DNA from: Pocillopora damicornis
Lineage: Eukaryota
NCBI RefSeq assembly: GCF_003704095.1
Contig: NW_020843698.1
Span: forward strand, 62,001 to 126,000
Direction of reading: 5' to 3'
DNA: 64,000 bases
Below, piece by piece: positions 1 through 11,441 of the stretch. The notes beneath the pieces are model-generated. The model was not told the origin of the DNA and did no database searches. It saw only the letters and a list, made by a program, of their open reading frames with translations. A program made the position numbers and the translations under genes. Each line of letters begins with the position of its first letter. Positions within the stretch are counted from its first letter, which is position 1.

Positions 1-1235
1 GCCCTCAAGAAGGGTCTTAAGTAGCTCAGGGGTATTTAAAGAGAAGAGGCTTATCAAGGCACTTGGCATTAATTATGGACAGGCTTATTCCTTACGGATT
101 TCATTAAGACCGTCGGGAATGTTTCTATGATAGCAATAGCGTTTATTTTTTGTGGTTGGAGCAGCCCGCCAAACAACTATGTGCATATTTTAAGTCGCGG
201 TCGATGAAAGCGGAGTAGGAATTTATGTCACTCATTGAAGGATTACTTTCAGTTATCGCGCTCAAAAGCACTCCGGAATGAAACAGAATTCCGATCATTT
301 CATGAACGGAGATTTGCGTTGTTTTGTGCGTTGCAGATGTGAAAAGACAATGAACAGCGAAACCATAAACACTTCCAAAGAAATGACGAGTGATCAAGAA
401 TTTCGAGAGCTTTCAATGTGACGATTGTTTGTGAAGATTCTATTGTAAAAATGCCTAATTCATTTTCGACGTGAATTTTTTGGTCGGTTGCCGCATCTTT
501 TCTTAGTTACAAGGTCTTCATCGATACCACACATCTGCAAAGGTTAAGGTAATTACCAGATTAGATTTTAAAATCCACTTTTTACAAATTAATCCGAAGT
601 ATGTCGCCACCTTAAACAGACGGAATTAACCTGCATATATTTAGAAGATGGGAGGGGGGAAGAGGGGAGAGGGGGGATAGAACAGTTTAACCTCGCCTTT
701 AAAATTTGCTGTTTTACAAAGGATCATCAGTAATGAAAGAAAAGATACCTCATGCGCTGCCAGGCTCTAAATACTCGTAGAAATAAAATATTCAGTTTCT
801 TATATGAACAAAAAGCCTATAAAAAACTTAATGTTTTCAGTTTTATTATGTATTTAGTTTTGGGTTCAGTCATTCGTCATTAGAAAAGTTCCACTCGTGT
901 TTTCATAGGGCTTGAGCTACGTGGGGGGAAGCTGCAGAAGAAGACGTTTTCTACGGGTGGGTTCGCTTGTCTTTGCTTTCCTCTCAAATTTCTTGATATC
1001 ATTTAATATATATGGTACTGGAGGAATTTCTAGTCTGTTCAGTTTGTATCAGGGTGAGTGAAAATCGCCCGACTTTATGTCACGACAGTTATACCAACTT
1101 TGCATTTCTCGTGAGTTTATCCGCGAAGAAAGAGATCTTCTCCTGGAAGAAGTTTATATCATCAAGAACTATTGCGATGAAATTATGGCATCCTCACTTG
1201 GTGAGGGTTTATCTTAGGCTAGGAAGATTGACTGT

Positions 1236-2030
1236 TTCTGTTATGGCTTGGACAAATTGAAGCAGAGGATGGTTTTGAGATAATCAAACAACTGAGGACA
1301 ATATGTAGATAGAGGAGGTTAACAGAAGGATGAATGAGAGACTGATCATTTGAGAGGGAGGGGAGGGTGGGGGATTAAGTTAGTCAGTACTAGCTCCACT
1401 GAAAACATATAGAGCTTTACTATTAATAGAACTGTTGGTGTCTTGATCTCGGATATTAGAAAACTTTCAAAAAGGAAACCATATCAGACAGCATTGATAG
1501 AGAAAGGATGATAACAGGTAGTTTAGTCAGTTCATAAATCCGTACTAGTTTGACATATCCTTTTTAGGCACGAAGCGTGTCTCCCAAAACTGAAAACCGC
1601 TGAAAAGCAAACATCTTCTTCAAGAATTAAAGCAGCAATTTGATATTTACCGACAAAGATTTTAAGAACGTAATCTAAAGATGAAAGAGCGAGATGGCTG
1701 AAAAAATCGACGACTGTATCTAATTATTTAAGCCGAATTATGGGCTTTTCTACAATAAGTATACAGTAATCTGGCCTAATCCCACTTAATTAGAGATAAA
1801 TATAATGTCACATGTAAACTACCAAGATTAATAACTGAAAAAATAAATTAGGTGAATGGCGTCACAAATTCAAAAGAAGTCGAGAAAAGGGATGTGGAAA
1901 TTACCGTTTCGTTGGTCCAGTTCAATAAAACGACGAATGCTAAAAAATATTACGCTGTCAACGGTAGCGTGTTAGGGTCTGTTAACGATGTCCTTTTAGC
2001 GGGTGAAGCCATTCCGAAAAGCTCATTATA
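1236..2030 (+). repeat. About 800-bp dispersed repeat, copy 1 (inverted copy at 11594-12384)
   Basis: Collinear reverse-complement match along the whole of contig 11594-12384, with scattered substitutions and small indels. Confidence 0.9.
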
Positions 2031-3783
2031 TACTCCTTAACTGTCTTTTTTCAGAGTGTTTGTCCTTTGAATAAAAACAGGATTAATTTTCATAAACCGG
2101 ACACCGAAAGAACTCTCTCGACATGTCTTAAAGAGCACTGATTTAAGGATTTACTAAATTTTCTGGTCAAATCCAAATTTGATGATAAAAGATTAATAAA
2201 AGAACAATGGAGAAGCAAAAGTTTCTAATTATAGTAACTGTTGAGATTTCTCCTGCAAAAAAATTCTTGGCCTTTTTTAGGAAATATCTCCTGCCAAAAA
2301 ATTAGAGACTTTGTGGCTTGACCGCGACAAGGTCAGGCCCATGAATGAGCTCACAATATCAATCGTCCAGTTTTGAAAATATTCTTAGTGTACAAGTTGG
2401 TACAACAACTTCAAAACTTTCTCTTTTTTTTTTTTTTTTCATTCTTGTAATGTTTAATTCCAGGAATGTCTCTTTGTTGTTGTTCCAGTGTTTGCCCGGT
2501 AAAAAGGTCATTCACCAGACTAATTGTAAATAGTAGAAGAGGTACATGTTTTGACTGCAACTGGATGGTAACACATGGAAAAAATTACATTACGATTGTT
2601 CAGTTTATGATATCCACTTAATATCAGTTCTGCAAGTTAACAAGATGCATTCGCCCACCGGTAGCTAAAAATATTGCGGAAGCTTCATTCTGCTCGTTGC
2701 CGATTTTTTTGCATTTTGTGGGAACTCATTTTTGCGGTTAAAGATGAATGAAATATCTCCTGAGAAAAACTTTTTGTGAATTTCTGTTCAAACAGCCAAA
2801 CATTGGAATAAATTTGGTGTTAAGTCTAAGTGTTCTTATTTTTTTAGTTTCTTAGAGGAGGGACACGTTTGATGATCTGACGATGGTTATTTCGAGTGTT
2901 CGGAACACGGAGAATGAGAAATTGCCCTTAATTAGCACGTGATGTTTTTTTTAAAACTCAAATGTATGAGGCAAATCATTTTTGCAGCGTTTAATTTCGC
3001 AGAGAGGGAATTTTTTCAAGTCGAGATCAGCAGATTATCCCTAAAAATTAAGCGCACACGGTTTTCACGATAAAATCGAGTTGCCTTTGAAAAGGCTCGC
3101 ATTTGGTGAAAGTGATATCGTAGATACGAAGACTCGAGAGCAGTTGCTGATATCTATAACCCCGTTCTTTGACGTTAAAGCGCAGGGGTACGGATACCGC
3201 GCGCGTGTAGTGATCTTGAACATGCAGCCGTGCTCATGCCTATTTGCATGTACTCAAGAGTCAGGTTTTCAAATAAATCCCCGGTTTTACGAGTAAAACA
3301 CGTTTTTCATGCATGAGGTACAAAGCTTCCTCCATGCATCACTGATTAAACAAACCCTCAGTGCTTTTGATTCATGGTTAATTGTCTTAACTTCCGATAT
3401 AAAGATAAAATACTCAGTACTTGTTTGATTCGCCTACGTACTACATTCAAATCAGCCTGCGTACATTCGTTCCCGTTATTTTTATCTCTCAAAACATCCA
3501 TAAGTGCTTAGATTTTATCGATCAAGTAACAATAGTGACTCGCGGCCAAGTTAGACTACACATAATATGCCCAAGCGAATGTAAGAAGAGAGTAAGATAA
3601 ACAGAATGCAATGGCGCGTTTTGAGTTTAAAAAGGATACTTTGGGTTTATTACGAGGCTTTGACGAGCGGAGATTCACCCATAGCTAGACTAAATTGTAA
3701 TCAGACCCTGCTTAATTCTACTTACATTGCTGTGAAATGACCTTCATCCTCAAAACAAAGCGAGAAGAATTCTAGCCACTTAC

Positions 3784-4072
3784 CATTTCCCCAGCCGCAT
3801 GGTCTCTTCACACTTTCAAAATCAGGACAACAGTCCGCGGCCGTCTCACAGAATTCATCACAGTAGCAAATAGTATTATGAACGTAATCCTCCATGCCAC
3901 AACTGCTGTTTCTGCCGCCGCAACATTGAAGAGAACCGCCATGTTCTCTTTGATCACAGCAATGAACGGGACCTCCGTTTTCTTCCTGAACGCAGGCACC
4001 GTCGGCTAATGAACACAGCGAAATACTAAGCGCCAGAACGAGCATCAAACCTTGGCGTTTCGTGCGGTCCAT
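3784..4072 (-). CDS. First coding exon of a secreted somatomedin-B (SMB)-domain protein, SBSPON/RPE-spondin-like N-terminus
   Basis: ATG at 4072; hydrophobic signal peptide (GLMLVLALSISLCSLADG); SMB cysteine motif CYCDEFC-x4-DCCPDF; phase-1 donor G|GTAAG at 3784/3783. The downstream exon is uncertain (candidate 518-534). Confidence 0.8.
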
Positions 4073-5124
4073 TTCTCTAAACGTGTTGTTGCTCTCGCTC
4101 GAGCCGGACGTCTGGAAGAAAATCTTAGTAGCCGTCTTATTTAACACAAATACGAAAAATCAGGGGATGACCCGAGCTGTCACGCCGGAAGTTTCAAATG
4201 TTTTCTCTTTTTCCTTGGCAGCGTGTCAAAGTGCCAGGATCCAAAATATTTCACGGTGACAGAGGGGTTTTTTCGGGCACAAAAAGAGACTTATGTGCGC
4301 GCCGTGGGTTTGACAGCACGCGAAAAGTGGCTGACAGATCACACCGACTCAAAGCCTTATATTAACCACGTCACTTTGTTTTTTCAACAAACTACGGGGT
4401 GCTTAAAACTAAGCGGGAAATGGAGGAATCTTGGCAATGTCCGCGCTCTATGAAGCCTCTTTATACAGCTTGTCGTAAAGCCGTTTCAAACGCCGGCATT
4501 TTTAGTACTTAGTCGCTAAGTTAAGTTCTACCCAGAATAGCGTGCTACAAATCGGCTTCCCGAACAATCTGTGAGCCTAGGTATGGTGGATTTCTGTAGG
4601 GGGTCCGTTCTACAGGTTGTACCAAGTATTGTTTTACAACAAAATAAAGTTATTTATGACTGAAGAAACGTAATCAGCAAGTTTTTGTGTAGACAATTCA
4701 CTTAACAGTGAGACTGTGACAAAAAAGTGCGATTCCTAAAGATCAGTTAAATGTTCTCCAACACAATCCTCCATTATTGCACAGCTTTTAACCACTTTTC
4801 ACAAATGACTTAACACAAATTTTGCTGGTCGTGAGGGTTCTAAATTTTTCAAGGTGAGTGAGTTTTCCTGTTCATCGTCTTTGAAATAAAGTTCACTGCC
4901 GTTTCATCAGTTTATCACTGTCATCACGTTTGATTGCTTTTTCGTCACTCAACTCATGAAAGGGTCAGTTTTTGACTCTCAAGGGAGGCAATAAACTTTT
5001 CGGATAGTCTGTCAGAAGGAGGGATGTGTTAATATGATTCTCAGCAGCTTTTCATACCGAAATATCGTCTCGAAAATAAAATCTTAGTTGAAGTGCGAGT
5101 GAAGCCTATAAAAGCTACCGTTGA

Positions 5125-5225
5125 AAGAAGCCCGAAAGTGCTTCGATGGGATCTGTATCTGTGACTCCCAAACATAAGTGGGGCGCTACTATCAACTGAA
5201 CGACGAAGCCACATTGGCAGCGCCG
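5125..5225 (-). mobile_element. Degenerate tRNA-derived SINE head
   Basis: GCTTCGATGGGATCTGTATC..GTGACTCC...CTATCAACTGAAC..GAAGCCAC resembles a reverse-strand tRNA-like head (B-box and A-box remnants); too decayed to be a tRNA. Confidence 0.35.
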
Positions 5226-7540
5226 CAAATTTTAATGGGTTCTTAGAACCTTGCCTGGAAAGAAGATTTGGACCCCATTCGAACTATAAAATGCTAACGT
5301 TGAACAACATGTAAAGATCATCGTAAAATCTTTTGGCGGAACAAAATTTTCAATTCCAAACAATAGTGGCAAACCCTGATTTCACTTAACGTCCTTATCG
5401 AACAGTAACTTTTAAGTGTCTCGGCCCAACCTTTGGCTCAGAGCCTGAAATCTAATGTAGTGAGCGTTGTCTCTGATCCTATGAGATAAGCAGTCGATTG
5501 GGAAAATTACTAAAAATAGAGGAAAACAAAGGTTGTTTTGCTTTGTTTCAGCTTGCGAGAAAGTTCTCAAATAGTCAATGACATGATTAACGAGATAATA
5601 GATCACCCAGATAAATCGACGGAGAGAAAAAGTTCAATTGCGCATTGAAGAACAAGCAAAGGTACGCTTCACAGTAGAATGAGGGGGCGTTAAATTATTT
5701 CGCCTTTCCGGTTTTGGTCATGTGTGACTTTGACTTTGGGGTTTTTTGGTGCTCTTAATCGACTCTACAGCGGCTTTTCATTTCTTTCTTTTTTAACAGA
5801 CCAGTTTTAAGTATAAAAATGGTTTTTTCCGGTTGAGTAGCGCCATTCACCTCGGATGAATCACCGTTTTCGCGGCGGTGTCGCGGTTTTCATGAAAATC
5901 CGTTTTGGTCGGTTTTCCAGTTTTGTGATGGCCACAAAACCCCTCACGTATCTCTTGTGATTGTCTCTGTACGCTGCTTGGGATTTTTTCCTCTGTCACT
6001 TCAAAAAAAGGGCGGGTAACTTCCGAACCGCCAAGGTGCACCATTTCCTTAGAAGAGAGACTATAGAGAAAGATGTTTCATTTTGTCACGAGCGTGGGTC
6101 AAAGCCAAAACAAAAACGACGAAGAAAAACATAAGAAACAAAAATTTCACTAACTCATTTTCTCCCTTTGATACAAAAGTGATTACGTTTAGACAAACGC
6201 ACGTCCATATACACTAATAACAATCGGAACAAAGCAACTGTATCTACTGAGCTTGAAGGTTAATCCGCTACTGCTCCCTTTTGTGTTCGAAACAATTTTC
6301 CGCTTGAGACAAAGACGCTTGAAGGCAAATGCTGCGGTATTAAAACGCAGTTGGAGCAAACTTCGAAATCACGCATGGTTTTGGCGGTTTCGGAAATTAC
6401 TCTCCGTTATTGTTTCAAATCCAAAAAAACCAAAACAACTGTTTCCACGAGGTTAATCTGAAACCACATTTCATCCGATCACTTGAACAAAGCGAGTGTG
6501 TAAACTACCTACTCTCGGCGAAGTTATTATTTCTCTCAACAACAGAATGCCAATAACTCCCAACAGATATAGCTGATCATAAGACCGCGCTAACCATGCG
6601 TGCTGGCTGTTTAACAATGAGTAAAGGAACACGTGTGAGGAGAGGGGTCTCTTCATTCGTTGGTTTCCGGACAAGACTCAGATGAAGATGTTTTTCAGCG
6701 ATTCTTGTGCCAGAGACAAGTGTGTAATCTACTTTGATTGACAAAAGAGTGCTACTGGCAAGCTTGAAGAGGGTAAACTAATTGTAGATACTGATGTGAG
6801 GGTGTTGAGGGTTAAAGGGAAAAATAAAGCAAGGTTTTTGGGAATCGCCGCATTTACAAAGGTCAATTTAGTATACGAAATAACATGAATTCGAGTGCAA
6901 TTTGGAGTAAATAAGCATGAGTACCTTTTTCAAAGACGACAAAATTTCACAAGCCCGTAGGGCGAGTGTAATTTGTAGTCTTTGAAAAATTTATAACTCC
7001 TTATTTAAACCAAATTTCACAAGAAATCATGAAATTATTTATTTATAATTAACGCGAAAAAGACATTACATAAAGTCTAGACAGACGAAATTTTGACAGC
7101 GCAAGCGCTATTTGTACTTTGCACTCGTGTAAAACTGCACTCATGTTACATGAGAAATGCACCTGTTTTCAGCCGATCAGAAGCGCGTGATTTTTTCATG
7201 TGTATTAATACAGGGTTTACTGAAAAACTTGGTCATGCTTCCCTTTTCACCCCTTAGGAAAAGATGTTCGAGTTTTGCCAATGTTTGCACTCTTGGCTGT
7301 CTGTAATTTTGATTTACTGAGAGTATGTGTTCTTTCAACAGCGCTGAAATGCCGTCTGGAATTAATTGAGGTATAAAGAAACACAGGCAAAGATATACAA
7401 GTAAGAAAGGCTTTGAAGATGCGCTCTGATTCTAAGAGATGAGGACACAAGTGGAAGAAACTAGAAGACTTCGAATTCCTTTGTGTTGCGACGCACTTGA
7501 ACCACTAATTACTTATCTGGTTATTTTCTTCACTTGATAA

Positions 7541-7816
7541 TAGAGCAATTTTCAGTTGAATGTCGAACGTAATCTGATGTTGCTTCAGTTTTCCTTTCCT
7601 GAACGGTCCAGAAAACTCGCACCACCCTCTCGACCAATCAGATGCAAAACTGAAACCAATCACGACTTGGTCGCCCGCGTTTTCCCGCGCTTTAGGCAGT
7701 TCGGTTGGTTTTACTTTGAGTTCTCATTGGCTCTTTGAAGTATTTTCCTTACTTCTGATTGGCCGTTGTGATTACTTTGATTTTATGTTCACAATACTCA
7801 ATCGCAAAGCGCTCTA
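7541..7816. mobile_element. About 280-bp dispersed MITE-like repeat (TAGAGC...GCTCTA ends)
   Basis: Shared core CCAATCAGATGCAAAACT...GGTCGCCCGCGTTTTCCCGCGC also at about 18480-18615, 47115-47320, 48040-48330, 48760-48950 and 62767-63034. Confidence 0.7.
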
Positions 7817-8213
7817 ACAAAAACTTACAATGACGTATCAATCAATCTTGCTCAATGTAATAGTCTTTTTTAATCATCATTTTTAAAAGGAACCGACTAC
7901 GAATAGAACTTGGCTTCACGACTTCATAAATATTCTCACTTTAAACTTAAACTGAATGGGTACACCTTCTTTCTTTCACAAGATCGTCATCCAACAAACG
8001 AATGACAAAAGTACACAATTTGTTGTAAACTCAGCTAGCGTTTATTTTCTTTTTATTTTCATAAAGTTTACTTTTTTTCCCTTAATCGACAGTTTCTTAA
8101 TTGATAACTGCTCTAATTCCTTGAGGATTTATCCAATTCAAAACCCCGTCCGCGATCCTGAAGCTGTGAAGTCCGACTTTTATCCGGGACATTTTCACAA
8201 ATTTCCAAGCACG

Positions 8214-8687
8214 TCATCTTTGAACTGGACGATATATTTTCTCATGTTTTCCTTCCTCTTTGGCGACAAATCGCGCCGTGGTGAAGAGAAAATCACTTAG
8301 CCTTGGAAAGAGAAAGACAATAATTAAAAACGGTTGTCATTACGGACTGAGTTCACAGAGAATTACATTAAAATAGGGTTGAAACCTCCGCAAAAACGAA
8401 AAAAAGGTAGATTCCAGTCTGATTTGTCACAGCACTGAGGGTGGAAGTTCAGCAAAAAACCAACTTAGTCAATCATAAGAGAGGCAAGATGATTTGGTTT
8501 GATCAACTGATTTGATAATGTTATTTGGCCGCCGTAAAGAGCTGCTAAAGCTGACGTTCCCTGCGTTAGCCATACATCGGAGCGAATGACTAAGGGCTAA
8601 TGCTCAAAACGTCAGCCTCGAAAACTCTTCACGGAGGCCAATTTGCATTCTCGACTCGGTTGATAAAACCAAAATATCTTTTTATAT

Positions 8688-8719
<32 letters not shown>

Positions 8720-11410
8720 CAAACTCACCCTTGGTTGTAAAGGAGGCAAACTTAGTTCCGACCGTTAAAAACTTACATTACTTTCGTTGAATCTCCTGAC
8801 AAAGACAAATCGGAGATATGAATTCATTCTTAAGATCACCTGTTTAAGAAAGTTCCAACTTCTGGATCTACGCTTCCGCTCTGGACCAAAGGAACAACTC
8901 TACACAAGAAAACCACAACCAAAGAACAAGTTAAACTTTGTATAGAGTTATCCTTCGGCTTACTAGTAACACAGGGTAATTTTGTATTATCAACTGGGTT
9001 GATAACGTAAAATGGGAACCGTAAAGAGTTTCGAAACTGACCTTTCAAAAGGTTCATCTTTTGAATACAGAATCTAACAATCGTAGCCAGCATGGCTATA
9101 GGTTTTGTATGTGCTTTACAGCATTGAATGGTGTATCCACAAAGATTAGTAACGAAGTCGTAAGAGGTTTGGGACGGAAGAACCTCCGCTGCTCATTGTG
9201 GTGCTATTGTCTTTATTTTGATCAAGCCCCCCCCTCCCCCTTCAAATGAAAAACCCACACACAATGCAGGCCAATGAACTGAATATAGGCGTGAGAGAAC
9301 AATGAGCAAAGAAATTACATTAGCATAACAGCCTACCTTCTCTCAGCTCGACGACAAACTGATCTTGCTACATGTAACGTTGCACTGCTTTTCCCTCCTG
9401 ACTGAAAAACAACAACAACAACAACAAAAAAATCAAAATCCTCATCGATTACTACTCTTAACATTCCAGGTAAACTAAACATGCTTTCCAATCTCAGGAA
9501 CAGAACAATTAATCAATAACTGACTTGGCAGCTATTATTATTTTACTTGATATGAACAATTATTTACTTGTTTGCTAAGTTTCTTCTGCCTTTCATCAGG
9601 CTTCCTTGACAATATGTCAGCACCTATTCATACTTCTGGGTGGAGAGAGGCAAATTTTAAGAATGAAGTGTTTTGCCCAAGAACACAACTCTACACCCAA
9701 GGTCCAGGGCACTTCTCCAACCACATCTCCCATCTGCTACCAATGAGCATGTTCAAGTTTTCCATGTACATATTACCAAACATAAGCGAGCTATGTTCCT
9801 TAAATTAAACTTAAGTTGATTCTAGCCACTCAGTAAAATCAGATTGACACTCACTGGTAAAATAAAATTTCTGAGTGAAGGAAGTTGCATATGATAGGAA
9901 TCTATCCATTCTTCCAGAGTTTTCACATTCTCCTGGTTAAATTTAGTTTTTTCTGAAAAATCAAAACAAAAAAAATAATTCTTTTTATTTTAAAGTTAAC
10001 ATACAGCTTGCAGAAGGTTGCAAATGGAGCCAAAATGAACGTTTTTGACAGCAACATTGTGTGTAAGCTAATTTTTTGTGTAATGGGCCTATATTTTTGA
10101 GCAATTACACCACTGAAAAATAAGTCACAGCTATATCTGAAACATCAATGAAAATAACAGAATTACAAGAACTCAAAAGAAAAAGAGAAAAGCCAAATGA
10201 GGAAGTGGGAACCTCACCTAGTGAAAACAAAATTAAAGCCTACGCTTCATCTTTGTCTCAATTTGTACAACTGTGTGATTAAGAATTCTCAGAAGTTATA
10301 ATATCATGACCTAATGAGCCAAATATATTACTTTTTGGCCCTCCGAATCAGTCAATAAGTATGCTTTATTTTAGGTTTATGTGACAGTCAATTTGCGAAA
10401 AAGTGGTTGCCCTCCACCGATTTATCCTCAACTTGTTTTAAAAAAAAATGAAACTTGGCCATTACAGCTGTCCATTTCAAGGTCCCTATGATAACCTAGG
10501 AGCATCAGGCTGATTTAACAAATCTTCTATGTCATATGATTAATATATTGTGTTTCTCTTACCTATTTTCCTTTCAGATGAAGATTGTCGAGGTGTTGCA
10601 ATATTTGAACCAATGTCCTGCAGAATGCACTGAATCTGTAGAGGTTTCAAAATTGGCAGTGTTTCTGTGAAATGCAAGTAAGGGGTTGTTACACACAAGA
10701 GTGCTGCTAGGGAAATCTCCTCTAAAAAGGCTTTAATCTTGAAGTGCCATTTGCAAGAGAAAGATCACCCTTACCCAAAATGAAATGTGTAAACCCTGTT
10801 ACTTGCTAGATCATATTAGTAATTCTCCTGACTGTCTACCATACCATTATTGTAATGTTAATTTGGAGAGTTTGGTATTGGATCAACCAATAATCCCCTA
10901 ATTGATATTTTTCTTTATTCTTAACACTTGTCTTCTTGATATTAGATTCATATTGTTAGGAAAAATTCTGTCTTGGTCACTTGTGGCAGTTAACCCTTTA
11001 ACTCCCAAGATCTCATAAGTAATTGTCCTTACTGTCTGCTATACAGTTCTTGTGATGTTAGTTTGGAGAACTTGGTAGTGGATCAACTTATAATCACCTA
11101 ACTGATATTTTTCTATACTCTCATCACTTGTCTGCTTGATATTGTATTGATATTGTAAGGAGAAATTCTGTCTTGGTCACTCATGGGAGTGAAAGGGTCA
11201 AAGGGTTAAATCAGAATAAACTACAGGTCAATCCCATTAACATATTAATTGTCAGCAAAGCAAATAAAGTCATTACCTGCTCGAGTTTTTCTACAACATC
11301 TTTATGCCCTGCCACTTCACAGAATTCACTTGCTAGTCTACAACATAATAAAGCCAATAAACTTGATTGTTATTCAACTGCATTAAATAGAGTAGGTATA
11401 AATAAATAAA

Positions 11411-11441
<31 letters not shown>

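Noticed and set aside
5125-5225. Functional tRNA gene
   Set aside because: The cloverleaf and internal promoter boxes are too degenerate; treated as a SINE remnant.
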